A stretch of 64,000 nucleotides of DNA from an uncultured Halobacteriales archaeon (GCA_964643795.1 CAZXUC010000018.1:2238-66237), one strand, 5' to 3'. Positions 1 through 11,312 are shown, counted from the first letter of the stretch. The notes: a model not told the origin generated them from the sequence alone. Translations and numbers: made by a program.

Positions 1-597
1 GACCGGCAACACGGAGTCGAGCATAGGCTGGGTTGGGTCCTCGACGTTGACGACGTGGATGCAGACGGAGCAAGCGCCCAATCCGTCCGGCGCCTCGGCG
101 CCAGGCCGCTGTTGCACGTTGAGCACCGCGTGGCGTCCATCGGGGGTGACGCGGACTTCCTGGAATCCAGAGCCGGGGGCACGATAACTTCCCAGGGGCT
201 TGATGTTGAGTGGGTCAGTGATGTCGGCGATGTTGAACCCGCCGTCGTCGTCGCCGTCGATGGCCACGAATGCCAGCGTCTTGTCGCCCGCCTCGTGCAG
301 CACGAAGTTCGCGAACCCGTTCTCCCCAAGCGTCACTCCAAGACTGGACCAGGCGACGAAGTCGATGTTGAAGGACTGCGTGTGCAGGTTCGCGTCGTTG
401 TGGTCGTGGTCCATTTCGATGGGAGCACCAATCAAGATGTCGATGACGTCGTGCAGGATGTTTCCGTCAAGGTCGACTTGGACGTTCGTCACGTGGTCCT
501 TACGATTGTCGCCTGGGCCCGGAGACGAAAGGCAACCCGCGAGGACCAGTCCGGCCGCCAACACTAGAATCCGGCGCACGACGCACCAGGAGAGCAC
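1..597 (-). CDS. Secreted lipoprotein, 3' end runs off the window. GTG start; signal peptide with lipobox LAGC.
   Basis: Reverse-strand frame is open from 597 down to 1 (translation read by hand, no stops seen; VLSWCVVRRILVLAAGLVLAGCLSSPGPGD...). Not in the ORF track, which lists no ORFs running off the window. D-rich repeats of the NIADITDPLNIKPLG type. Confidence 0.45.
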   Translation of the reverse strand, partial: MLSWCVVRRILVLAAGLVLAGCLSSPGPGDNRKDHVTNVQVDLDGNILHDVIDILIGAPIEMDHDHNDANLHTQSFNIDFVAWSSLGVTLGENGFANFVLHEAGDKTLAFVAIDGDDDGGFNIADITDPLNIKPLGSYRAPGSGFQEVRVTPDGRHAVLNVQQRPGAEAPDGLGACSVCIHVVNVEDPTQPMLDSVLPV

Positions 598-754
598 CCA
601 CTCATGACCCTTGTGCAAGGTCGGCCCACGCCACCCACCCCTCCGGCGCCACCCCGTATGGCGCCCTCATCAGGCTCATCAGGTGTCCAGGCTTCACCTC
701 AGCGTGACGGGTCAATCGCCCCATTGCGCCCAGTGCGCGTCATACGAGCACCGC

Positions 755-1006
755 GTCATGACCCGTAAGGCAGGCGAGGTGCTGCCGGCCGACTTGGTCC
801 CGTGCAAGGACTTCGAAATGTCGCAAACGTTCCAGGATTGGGCCGTGGATTCGATGCGCAAGGAAGTCCTCGGCCAAGTCTCTAAAGCAGGCCTAAACCG
901 CATGGCGATTGTGAAGGGCAAGGGGCCGGACGGCGAGGGTGGCGCGGCCGAGGCGGCCTCCACCAAACCGAGCCCGAATCAAGGCAATCAGCGGAAGAAC
1001 AAGTAG
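755..1006 (+). CDS. Hypothetical small protein, 83 aa, Lys-rich C-terminus.
   Basis: ATG at 755 within ORF 611..1006 (MTRKAGEVLPADLVPCKDFEMSQ...). Codon usage looks coding. Overlaps the 3' end of the convergent gene by 19 nt. Confidence 0.4.
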   Translation, partial: VMTRKAGEVLPADLVPCKDFEMSQTFQDWAVDSMRKEVLGQVSKAGLNRMAIVKGKGPDGEGGAAEAASTKPSPNQGNQRKNK

Positions 1007-1881
1007 ACGAGCAGGAGTGCAACGCCCCACTTGATGGCGCGTCGCACCATGCGCCTACGGTGGGCAGTGCGGATGAGGTCGCTGTCCAAGCCGCCCGCCT
1101 CGGGCGTGGACAGGTCCGGCTCCACGCCTTGGCCGATGAGCACGGGACCGCCCGCCGTCGCGGCCGAGGCCGGCGATGCTGAGGATGCGGGCGATGTCGA
1201 CGATGACGACGAAGCCTGCGACGGGGCGGGCTCGGCCGATGGATCGTATCCTGCCGGCCGCAGCCACGCGAATTTCGCACTGCTTGACCCAGACGCCGCC
1301 GGATTCGGCCCCTCCTGCTGGCCGGGGCCCTTCCACAATTCGGATTGAGATGCGGCCTCGTTCCGCCGTTCCGGTTCGGGTGGCTCCTGCAGGTCAGCCA
1401 GCAATTCATCGACGTCGCGCGCCCGCTTCGGCCCTTCCGGCTTGGCGGCGCCGCCGCGACCAGAGGCGGGCCACGGATGAGCAGAAAGGTCGGCGCGCAT
1501 GGTGTCGCCGGCCGTCGGCGTGACGGAGGCAATGCCCGGCGGCCACTCGGGGCGGGGGCCTGCGCGGCCTTGGTCCTGCAGGCTGTCGGCGTCCAGGATT
1601 ACGACGCCCAGCCTCGTCGCGGTCAAGCGGTAGCCTTCAGCGAATTGGTCGCCCGCCAGGACCGGTGTTGCTCCGATGTCCTTCGCGATGCGTCGGGCAG
1701 AACCCATCTCGGGGCCGTCGAGTCCCGCCGCGTCGCCGAAGCTGACAAGGAGATTGCCCAGCGGGCCCTCGGCGAGCATGTCGAGGACGTACTCGTTGCC
1801 GGATGAGCCCGCGACGCGCAGGTTCTCGTGCACCGTGTACCCCTTGCCGCGATAGTGCGCGGCGACACGGTTGCGATCCAT
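988..1881 (-). CDS. Hypothetical protein with a Ser/Ala/Pro-rich linker and a C-terminal TM anchor.
   Basis: ORF 988..2019, trimmed to the ATG at 1881 (MDRNRVAAHYRGKGYTVHENL...). C-terminal hydrophobic tail WGVALLLVYLFF. Confidence 0.5.
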   Translation of the reverse strand: MDRNRVAAHYRGKGYTVHENLRVAGSSGNEYVLDMLAEGPLGNLLVSFGDAAGLDGPEMGSARRIAKDIGATPVLAGDQFAEGYRLTATRLGVVILDADSLQDQGRAGPRPEWPPGIASVTPTAGDTMRADLSAHPWPASGRGGAAKPEGPKRARDVDELLADLQEPPEPERRNEAASQSELWKGPGQQEGPNPAASGSSSAKFAWLRPAGYDPSAEPAPSQASSSSSTSPASSASPASAATAGGPVLIGQGVEPDLSTPEAGGLDSDLIRTAHRRRMVRRAIKWGVALLLVYLFFR

Positions 1882-2051
1882 GGCCGCCCCACGAGGGTGC
1901 CAGGATAAATCGGTGGTGGATTGATTGTGGTGGATTGGTTGCCGGTCGCCTCCGCCGGCGGCGCCCGGCCCGGAGGTCGTGGACGACCAAAGCAACTTGT
2001 GAAAACGAAGCGGCCACAAGCGCTAAGGAGTCCCCGCGCAACTGCGGCCGC

Positions 2052-2609
2052 ATGCAACGCTTTTGGTTGTTCACGGCGGCCGTCCTCATTCCGCTTTCCG
2101 GCTGCGCCGACGACTCAGGCAGTCAGGCCGACCCGCCCGCCGATCAAGGGCCGGCTGTGATGATTCCGCTCCAGTTTGAATTCGCGGATACCGGGTTGGT
2201 GGTCGGATCAGGCCCAACGGCCACGGATGTGACTCCGCATGGGTGCACCACGTTGGATGAGGAGGGGCTCGACGTCGTCCACCACCCGTGGGAAATCCCT
2301 GGTGACGTCAATGGCACGAAGGTTTCCGTCTACAACATCACTGCCCACCTGCACATCGTGGACGAGAGCCTCCTCGATGCCGATATCTACCTGGAAGGAC
2401 CGGACGGAGATGTCCTCGGCTCGTCGGTCTTTTTCAACGTTCAAACCGGACCGGACGAATCCGTGAGCGTGGACGGCACCCTAGAGCCGGGCACGTACAA
2501 CATCGTCATCCGGGGCTGCGCAGGCCGCGGCAGCTACGAAGTCTCGGGCGAAGCCAAGATCCGCTTGCCTCCCGTCCCGACCCCCGCCATCAACGCGACG
2601 GCAGCCTAG
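2052..2609 (+). CDS. Putative lipoprotein.
   Basis: ATG at 2052 inside ORF 1803..2609. Signal peptide MQRFWLFTAAVLIPLSGC with a lipobox Cys. Confidence 0.55.
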   Translation: MQRFWLFTAAVLIPLSGCADDSGSQADPPADQGPAVMIPLQFEFADTGLVVGSGPTATDVTPHGCTTLDEEGLDVVHHPWEIPGDVNGTKVSVYNITAHLHIVDESLLDADIYLEGPDGDVLGSSVFFNVQTGPDESVSVDGTLEPGTYNIVIRGCAGRGSYEVSGEAKIRLPPVPTPAINATAA

Positions 2610-2676
2610 GCACCAACCCTTTCGCGCAATGGTTTCCCGCCCCCAACCTTCTTAGGACTCCCTCCGGTCGCCCGCT

Positions 2677-5598
2677 GTGCCGGAGTGGGACCTCGAAGCC
2701 ATCACTGCGAAATGGCAGGAGCGCTGGTGGCGGGAAGGCATCCATCACGCGGAGCGGCCGGTGGACGGCAAGACCTGGGATGGAACCGGCGCCAAGCCGA
2801 CCTACTTCATTCACTTCGCTTACCCCGGCATCTCCGGTTTCCTGCACGTCGGCCACATGCGGGGCTTCACCTACTCCGACGTGTTCGCGCGCTACAAGCG
2901 CATGACGGGACACCGCGTCCTCTTCCCCGCAGGCTTCCACGCCTCGGGGATTCCTGCCGTGGCGTTTGCCGCCGAAGTCAAGCGCGGGGAGAAGACCGAG
3001 TACCTGCGCGCGAACGGCTACGACGGCCCCATCGACGCCTTGACTGACCCGAAGGCGGTCGTTGCGCACTTCGCGCACGTCTATACGAACGACTACTGGA
3101 AGAAATTCGGCTTCCTCATCGACGAGCGCCGGAACTGCACGACGATCGATCCCGCATACCAACGCTTCATCCAGTGGCAGTTCCGCGCCCTCAAGGCGAA
3201 GGGATTCCTCATCGAGAAGCCCCACTACGCGCCCTTCTGCCCGGTGGCGGGGCCGGTGGCTGTTGACAAATCGGAGACCGACATCAAGCAGGGCGGCTCC
3301 GCGGAAGTGCTCGAGTTTCTGGCGCTCAAGTTCACGTTGCCCGCGGGGACCGTGTTCGACGAACCCGTCATCCTGCCGTGCGCGACGCTGCGGCCCGAGA
3401 CCGTCTTCGGCGCCACGAACATTTGGGTCCGTGCCGACCAGGAGTATTTCCTCGTCCGCGTTTGGGAGGACGGCCATGTCTCCGACAAGGACCCAAGCGA
3501 GGTCTGGTGCGTCAGTGCGCAAGGGTGCCGCAAGCTCGAGTGGCAATTCGAACGCGCCGAACCGCTGCACAAGAAAGTCCTAGGCAAGGAATTGCTGGAC
3601 GAGCTCGCGGTCGCCCCCATGACGGGCAAGCCGACGCGCGTCGTCTCTGGACATTTCGTCGACCCCCTAATCGCGACGGGGCTCGTGATGTCGGTCCCGG
3701 GGCACGCGCCTTTCGATTATGCGGCGTACAAGGATGCGGGCCTGCTCGAAACTATAGGGGAGCCGCCCAAGATCATTGACGTCGAAGGTGTCGTCGGGCT
3801 ACCAGCCCGGCTGGCCTGCCAACGACACAAGGTGACGGACCAAGGCGACCGCGCCCAGTTGGAGGCCGCTACGGAGGAAGTCTACACCGAGGAGTTCAAC
3901 AAAGGCGTCCTCAACGCGCAGTGCGGCACGTATGCGGGGCAGAAGGTGAAGGTGGTCAAAGACAAGATCAAGACGGACCTAATTGCCTCCGGTCATGCTC
4001 GCGTGCTGCGCCAATTCTCCGAACCCGTCGTAAGCCGCGCCGGGGAAATGGTGGACATCAAGCGCATCCCGGACCAGGACTTCATCCACTATGCCGACAA
4101 GCCGTGGACGGAGAAGGCCAAGGCGCACGCTGCGACGATGCAGATTTTCCCGCAGCGCTACGCGGAAGAAATGCCGAACGTCCTCGACTGGTTCGGCGAC
4201 CGCGCTTGTGTTCGCCGCGGCGCTTGGCTCGGGACGGAGTTCCCGTTCAAGCCCGGGTGGATCATCGAGCCGATCGCGGACTCGACGTTCTATCCGTGGT
4301 TCTACATCGTGAGCCGCTACGTCAAGTCCGAATGGAACCCGACGCCGGCCCACGGCGGACTCCAGGTAGAGGCCCTTACCGACGCATTCTTCGATTACGC
4401 GTTCAACGGAATCGGAAAAGCAGCCAAACCCATCTGGGATGAAGTACGAAAGGACGTCCTCTACTGGGGCCCGGTTGATCTCAACCTCGGCGGCAAGGAG
4501 CACCAGACCGTCCACTTCCCCGTCTACGTCATGATGATGGTGGCCCTCATGGAGGACCGCAAGCTGTGGCCGCGCGGTATCTTCGTCAATTGGTGGGTCA
4601 CGCAGAAGGCCGGGGCTAAGATCAGCAAATCGAAGGGCGGCGCAGAACCCATCCCAGGAGCAGCCAAACGCTACGGCGTCGACGCCATGCGCCTCTACTA
4701 TTGCCACGTCGGTTCGCCGCACGTCGACATCGAATGGGACCCAGACATTGTCCTCGATTATCGCAAGCACGTCGAGCGAATCGTCCGCGCAGCGGAGGAT
4801 GCGCTCAAGGCCGATGGCGGGGCCAGCGCCATGGACGCGTGGCTGTCGGCCGCCTTCGCGAGCGGGATGACGGCCGCCCGCGCCGCGTACGAGGAGTACG
4901 ACCTGCGCCGGGCCGCAACCGAACTCGTCTACGCCGTTCCCGAGTTGCTGCGCTGGTACCATCGCCGCGGCGGTGCCAACGGGGCGCTCCTGCGGGCCCT
5001 GGTGCAGGACTGGTCGAAGGCAATGACGCCCATGGTCCCGCACGTCGCGGAGGAAATGCATGAACGATCCGGCGCCAATACTCTCGCATCTATCGCGGCG
5101 TTCCCGTCCCCGGCTCCGGCGGATGGCATCGCACTGGCTCGCGAGGAATACCTACGCGCCGTTCTGGAGGACATCGCCACCGTGCACAAACTGTCGGGCG
5201 TCGACAAGGTCGCGTCGCTCGCGCTCTATACGACGCCATCCTGGAAACGGGGACTCGCCGCGAAGGCAGTCGCGATGGCGCAGGCCGCCGGGAAATTCCC
5301 GATGGGGCAATTCATGCAGGAAGTCATGGCCGATTCCGTCATGCGAACGCTAGGAAAATCCGTGCAAACGTACACCGGAAAACTTCCGGCGCAAGTAACG
5401 CAATTCACCGCGGCGCAACGCGCACTGCTTGCGGCCGGCGTCGACGAAGCCGACGTCTTGCGTGCCGCGGCCCCGTTCCTAGCATCCGAATTGGGCGTGG
5501 GCGAGGTCAAGGTCTGGTCGGGCGACGACGCGACGGCGCCGGACCACCCGAAGAAGGCCGTCGCGGCTCCACTCAAACCCGGCATCGCGCTAGCCTAG
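2677..5598 (+). CDS. leuS: Leucine--tRNA ligase, archaeal type.
   Basis: 973 aa, GTG start. HVGH motif (FLHVGHMRG) and KMSKS-like KISKSKGG. Archaeal LeuRS architecture. Confidence 0.95.
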   Translation: MPEWDLEAITAKWQERWWREGIHHAERPVDGKTWDGTGAKPTYFIHFAYPGISGFLHVGHMRGFTYSDVFARYKRMTGHRVLFPAGFHASGIPAVAFAAEVKRGEKTEYLRANGYDGPIDALTDPKAVVAHFAHVYTNDYWKKFGFLIDERRNCTTIDPAYQRFIQWQFRALKAKGFLIEKPHYAPFCPVAGPVAVDKSETDIKQGGSAEVLEFLALKFTLPAGTVFDEPVILPCATLRPETVFGATNIWVRADQEYFLVRVWEDGHVSDKDPSEVWCVSAQGCRKLEWQFERAEPLHKKVLGKELLDELAVAPMTGKPTRVVSGHFVDPLIATGLVMSVPGHAPFDYAAYKDAGLLETIGEPPKIIDVEGVVGLPARLACQRHKVTDQGDRAQLEAATEEVYTEEFNKGVLNAQCGTYAGQKVKVVKDKIKTDLIASGHARVLRQFSEPVVSRAGEMVDIKRIPDQDFIHYADKPWTEKAKAHAATMQIFPQRYAEEMPNVLDWFGDRACVRRGAWLGTEFPFKPGWIIEPIADSTFYPWFYIVSRYVKSEWNPTPAHGGLQVEALTDAFFDYAFNGIGKAAKPIWDEVRKDVLYWGPVDLNLGGKEHQTVHFPVYVMMMVALMEDRKLWPRGIFVNWWVTQKAGAKISKSKGGAEPIPGAAKRYGVDAMRLYYCHVGSPHVDIEWDPDIVLDYRKHVERIVRAAEDALKADGGASAMDAWLSAAFASGMTAARAAYEEYDLRRAATELVYAVPELLRWYHRRGGANGALLRALVQDWSKAMTPMVPHVAEEMHERSGANTLASIAAFPSPAPADGIALAREEYLRAVLEDIATVHKLSGVDKVASLALYTTPSWKRGLAAKAVAMAQAAGKFPMGQFMQEVMADSVMRTLGKSVQTYTGKLPAQVTQFTAAQRALLAAGVDEADVLRAAAPFLASELGVGEVKVWSGDDATAPDHPKKAVAAPLKPGIALA

Positions 5599-5821
5599 AT
5601 CGAGCACGCCTAGGCCGCGTGCGCTCCTGCGTGGACACAAGCAAGGTCCCCCTTAGACTGGAAGCCGGTGGGGTGGCCGAAGGGGCGGATTTCTCTTGCA
5701 GAACACAACCTCATCGCTCATATACTACGACGTTGCTGAAGCGTACCAATGGAGTTGACCATGGGGCCGGGCTGCGATTCCGACACGCACGATTACATCT
5801 ATTGGTGATTCCACAAGAAAC

Positions 5822-6118
5822 TCAGGTTCGAGTGGAGTCTTGTGGGGGCTGTGCCGTGCCTTCTTTGGGCGGTCCTTCTGGGGCCGGGGGCGCAGCTTCC
5901 AGGCCCTTCTTGCCGAGCATCTTGGAGTAGAATGCGTTAGGAAAACCGTGCAGCATGGCATTGAACTGCGCCACTCGAACCGGATCCCCGCCGCGCGCCG
6001 CGCGCTCGCCGGATTCAAAGCGGAAATAGAAGACGACAAACGCCACGATGTATAGTGTTCCGAGGACGTACAGGCACCAGGTCCACAGGGTCCACGCGGT
6101 CGGGTCCAGTTCCAGCAC
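5822..6118 (-). CDS. Small membrane protein, 98 aa.
   Basis: N-terminal TM helix. GTG start about 28 nt downstream of the TATA-like ttatag at 6144-6149, so possibly leaderless. Confidence 0.45.
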   Translation of the reverse strand: MLELDPTAWTLWTWCLYVLGTLYIVAFVVFYFRFESGERAARGGDPVRVAQFNAMLHGFPNAFYSKMLGKKGLEAAPPAPEGPPKEGTAQPPQDSTRT

Positions 6119-6192
6119 GTCCCTCCCCAGCGCCGGCCCACCTTATAGGGGCTGGGCCAACCCAGACGCGTGCCCGGCAATCAGCACGATGA

Positions 6193-7563
<1,371 letters not shown>

Positions 7564-7983
7564 CGAACGAAAGCACCGGAGCGCATCCCACCGGGCGCGC
7601 TCCCACATGGAACCGGGACCGGTTTCCGGTCCGTCTCGAGGTCGAAAACAGGGGGAGATTCGAACCCATACCTGGGGGGATTCGACCCCACCCACGAGCT
7701 GGAATTGCGGCGATGCAGTTCCAGGTTCTGCCGCCATGTCAGCGCGACGACATGCTCGCGGACTGCATCGACGCGAACCTCAAGGCAGGTCGCGCCGGCT
7801 CCTACGTCGTGTTGTACAAGAAGACAGCCGCGTCGGGGCTCGACTGGAAAGGCCATCCGGGATATTTGGCGGCGGCACCTGCCTTTGTCGCTAGCAGGCC
7901 CGCACCAATCCCCTCGGAAAACCACGAAACGAATCAGGAGGCATCAGCTTCAAAGCGCCCAGACCAGTCTCCGCCAGGATTCG

Positions 7984-8400
7984 ATGGCCCATACCTGGGA
8001 TGCCCATGTGGCGGAATACGTCGACTCGCCCAGCATGGTGCACCGCATCAAGGTCGGCTCCATCGTGGCAGCACGCATCCACGGCACCTTGGGCACGTAC
8101 AGGGTCCAAGTCGACACCAAGCCGAAGAAAGGCGGTGACTGCACGTGTCCCTCGGAAATCCAGCCGTGCAAGCACGTTGAGGCCCTGCGCCAGACGTGGA
8201 AGAAGAAGCCCGGTTCGTTTGCGGACGTAGACGAGTTGCTCGCGTTGGCACTCAAGGGCCGGACGAGGGCAGATCTCGTCCAGATGAGGAGGAGCATGGC
8301 GTTGGCCAGCCCATCGTCGTTGTCGGCGCTGGGCGCAGTTGGATTCGACGAGGTGGCGCCATGGGACGAGGAGGACCCGGAGGGGTACTTCGAGGAATGA
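7984..8400 (+). CDS. SWIM zinc-finger domain protein.
   Basis: CxC...CxH SWIM signature (DCTCPSEIQPCKHVEAL). ATG at 7984 in ORF 7705..8400. Its stop overlaps the next start (ATGA). Confidence 0.7.
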   Translation: MAHTWDAHVAEYVDSPSMVHRIKVGSIVAARIHGTLGTYRVQVDTKPKKGGDCTCPSEIQPCKHVEALRQTWKKKPGSFADVDELLALALKGRTRADLVQMRRSMALASPSSLSALGAVGFDEVAPWDEEDPEGYFEE

Positions 8401-8726
8401 CGCCCGCCACGAAGGCCATCAGTCCCAAGCGGCTTGCGGCGCTCATCGAGGAGGCCTGCGTCGATGCCTACAACGAGTCCGAGCAGGAGAGCGGATTCTT
8501 TTGCATGATGGAGGAACACCTTTTGGTTCCCTTCACGGCATTCGTCGTTGGAGAAGCGGTCGAGGTGACGGGGTTCGACCTGGCCGACCGCGGCATCAAG
8601 GCAATCGTGAAGCACAACAAGCAGAGCCCCCGCGTCCACCTGCTGGACCTCGATTTCGGTGACAAGCCGCCCAAGGGCATTGAGTGGGTCGAGGCCTACC
8701 GCCGCTGGGCTGACGGCGTGGGGTAG
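8397..8726 (+). CDS. Hypothetical protein translationally coupled to the SWIM gene.
   Basis: ATG at 8397 overlaps the TGA of the upstream gene. 109 aa (MTPATKAISPKRLAALIEEACVDAY...). Confidence 0.55.
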   Translation: MTPATKAISPKRLAALIEEACVDAYNESEQESGFFCMMEEHLLVPFTAFVVGEAVEVTGFDLADRGIKAIVKHNKQSPRVHLLDLDFGDKPPKGIEWVEAYRRWADGVG

Positions 8727-8923
8727 GAGCCTGGGCGCGCCGTGCGCCCGGACCGCCGGGTACCGGCCCCTATGGCACTATTTAAAGACGGCCCTGCCGG
8801 CTCCTGTAGAACGTGTTTGCAAAGACCTATTGCCAGCCGCGCCGCATTACCAACCAACACATTGCTTCGACCTAGGCTAACCTTGAAGTCAAGGCTTCCC
8901 TGCGAGAATCCTACCGAGGACGT

Positions 8924-9586
8924 GTGACAAACTCCATGCCCATCGACGTTCCACCGCAGTTCCGGCCTTCCCTCGATGTGCTGGGCACTCTAGGGGAGGT
9001 GAAATGGAGGAAGTTCACCGGCGTATTGTCCAAAGCCAAGGCCGCGTACAGCCCAAGTGGAATGGTCGCCCCAATTGCAGATGCACTTGGAAGCACGAAA
9101 GAGGACGCCGGCAAACTTCTCACGCTCGTTTTGAACACGTATGGCGATGCAGAGCAGCTAGGTATGGCCCATGAGGCGGCGGCGCGCGAAGTGGCTGGCC
9201 TAGCCCCTAGCCATGCCAAGTGGAACGCGAAGGAGCGGAAACGCCTAGTCGACCGGCTACAGGATTTGTATGACGACAAGTATTCCTTGGGCGTCACGGC
9301 CAAGGCCTTGTCCGTTCTACTGGACGTTGACCGGAGCTATTGCTCGTCGCGCGTACTGACCGACGCCAGGCCAATTTTCAGAGGAGTCGAGGATCCCCGT
9401 CCCTCCGCGATGGCTGTGATACACACGTTGAGAATCACCGCCCATGTTGATGACAAGATGACGGATTTCTACGTCACGCTCACTCCGCGACAACTCGACG
9501 CATTGACAGCCGACGTACGCCGAGCTCGCACAAAGGAACGGAACCTCATGAAGGCAATCACGGAATTGCCTTGGTTGCAAGAGTGA
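8924..9586 (+). CDS. Hypothetical protein, first gene of the low-GC island.
   Basis: ORF of 220 aa in a region whose sampled GC is 45-58%, against 66-68% in the flanks. Confidence 0.5.
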   Translation: MTNSMPIDVPPQFRPSLDVLGTLGEVKWRKFTGVLSKAKAAYSPSGMVAPIADALGSTKEDAGKLLTLVLNTYGDAEQLGMAHEAAAREVAGLAPSHAKWNAKERKRLVDRLQDLYDDKYSLGVTAKALSVLLDVDRSYCSSRVLTDARPIFRGVEDPRPSAMAVIHTLRITAHVDDKMTDFYVTLTPRQLDALTADVRRARTKERNLMKAITELPWLQE

Positions 9587-9591
9587 TTGAC

Positions 9592-10218
9592 ATGCCTGTG
9601 GAAATTCACGTTGTGGAAAATGGCAAGGATTCCAAGTCAGCCAAAGAAACCAGACTTCGGCAATGGAACAAGGCGGAATGCTTCGCCTACCCAACCGAGT
9701 CGCATAGCGAGGTCGACCGCCGCGCCGCGAGCCACGCGATTGAAGACGCGCTCCTTCGTCGGTATTCTATCATTTTCTCCCGTCTGCAACCGAAGGAAAC
9801 GGAAACGCGAGATTGGTCGGCAGATTTTGCTCATCACGCGGTCGGCTGGACGCACGACGACATCGAGGGTTTCGTCTCTCCGTACAAGAGCATGCTGGAG
9901 TTGAAAGAGGGGTGGGACGGGGAACGGGCGCCGCGAATCGCACGGCGCACCTTCACCAAGGCCAAGGACCTCCTCTCGGTCCTGGTAAGCGCGTTGGACC
10001 AGCGGCACAAGACGCTCTGCGCACCTGAACTGCATGCCACGCGGCGAGGCGACATCGACATGATGTGGGCGAAAGAGGATTCCTTTCTGGTAATCACGGT
10101 CGCTGCCGAGGCGAGCGATCCATACTGGGTCCTCGGTAGCCGGAAGGGCGCGAAGGCCCATAACCAGCTCGACGTTTCGGATGTCGATCCCCTGATTCTG
10201 GAATACATCGGCCGCTAG
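9592..10218 (+). CDS. Hypothetical protein, second gene of the low-GC island.
   Basis: ATG at 9592, 5 nt after the upstream stop. ORF 9571..10218. Confidence 0.5.
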   Translation: MPVEIHVVENGKDSKSAKETRLRQWNKAECFAYPTESHSEVDRRAASHAIEDALLRRYSIIFSRLQPKETETRDWSADFAHHAVGWTHDDIEGFVSPYKSMLELKEGWDGERAPRIARRTFTKAKDLLSVLVSALDQRHKTLCAPELHATRRGDIDMMWAKEDSFLVITVAAEASDPYWVLGSRKGAKAHNQLDVSDVDPLILEYIGR

Positions 10219-10226
10219 GTTTCGGG

Positions 10227-10727
10227 ATGACCGCGCTTGATCTGCAGGACTGCTTGTTCCATCGGTACGTTGCACCAGCTAGCAAAAAAGATGCCCCGCG
10301 GACCAACTGGCCATGGCCTTCAATGAGCACTTTCAAGGTCGACCCTGATGGAGTGTCGTTCGACGACGGCAGAACATGGGATGCAAACCACGTTCGAGCC
10401 CACATTGGGACGCTGCCGCAGGTCAAGGATCCTTCCAAGGCGCGAGACGCGGACACCTATGGATTGACCGTGATTTCCCGCAAGAGACTGGCCCAACATT
10501 TCAAACGGGCCTACAAAATCAGGCGCAAGCCGACGAAGGCTGTAGGGAACATGCCAGCCAATCCTGCCCATACCCTGGTGGTGCCGCCGATTGGCTATCA
10601 CGAGACCCTTGTTCGCTCAGACCTTTGGACCGTTTCTCAGGGCTACGAACCGCCGCCCACGCTGAAGATTCCGGACTCGGCATGGGCGCGTTGGGAAGAC
10701 ATTGCCTTCAAGCGAGCAGCCAACTGA
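10227..10727 (+). CDS. Hypothetical protein, third gene of the low-GC island.
   Basis: 166-aa ORF, 8 nt after the upstream stop. Confidence 0.5.
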   Translation: MTALDLQDCLFHRYVAPASKKDAPRTNWPWPSMSTFKVDPDGVSFDDGRTWDANHVRAHIGTLPQVKDPSKARDADTYGLTVISRKRLAQHFKRAYKIRRKPTKAVGNMPANPAHTLVVPPIGYHETLVRSDLWTVSQGYEPPPTLKIPDSAWARWEDIAFKRAAN

Positions 10728-10790
10728 GTTATCCTGAGTCCGTGGCTCGGTGGTCGCGGGGCGTAGGCTGAGCGACCTCGCCACACGAAA

Positions 10791-11204
10791 GTGAATCGAG
10801 GCTGGACCCACGACTTTAAGAAGCATCATTACCCATGGGTAACTATGTGGCCGAACGAGTACGACTCGAACCATGAGTACCAGTTGGCCCTCGAAATCCG
10901 TGGCCGAGGCGCCACAAGGCAACTCAAAGCCCTCGTGGCCCTGATGGGCCACGCCTTGAGCCGCCCGGAATTGGCCAAGCGCATCCAAGGCAAGGGTTCG
11001 CCCGCCACCGTGACGAAGACCATTCGCGGCCTGGACAACAAGGGCCTCGTCCGCCTGGGCCTGATGGCGGACCTCAAGACGCAACGCATCGAGTTGTCCG
11101 CCCTGGGCGCCCGAGTCCTGCTCGTTAGCCAGCAGCTGCTTCCTGATGCGTACCGCCTGGAAGTCACGCATCGCGCGATGCATCAGCCCTCGGCCAAGAC
11201 TTGA
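10791..11204 (+). CDS. Winged-helix (MarR-like) transcriptional regulator.
   Basis: HTH-like stretch SPATVTKTIRGLDNKGLVRLG. Last gene of the low-GC island. Confidence 0.5.
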   Translation: MNRGWTHDFKKHHYPWVTMWPNEYDSNHEYQLALEIRGRGATRQLKALVALMGHALSRPELAKRIQGKGSPATVTKTIRGLDNKGLVRLGLMADLKTQRIELSALGARVLLVSQQLLPDAYRLEVTHRAMHQPSAKT

Positions 11205-11312
11205 GCGACCAAATCTACGAGGACTTCCAACCCAACCGCGCGTAAGGCAAGCAGAAGCGTCGTGAGAAAACGGCAAGGGCGGCTTCAAGAGCGCCACTCC
11301 GCTCGGCGACAC

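Noticed and set aside
3979-5061. 360-aa minus-strand ORF and other ORFs inside leuS.
   Set aside because: Antisense to leuS. No recognisable domains.
7640-7690. A tRNA gene on either strand.
   Set aside because: T-loop-like GATTCGAAC motifs are present, but no complementary T-stem, acceptor stem or anticodon arm could be assembled.
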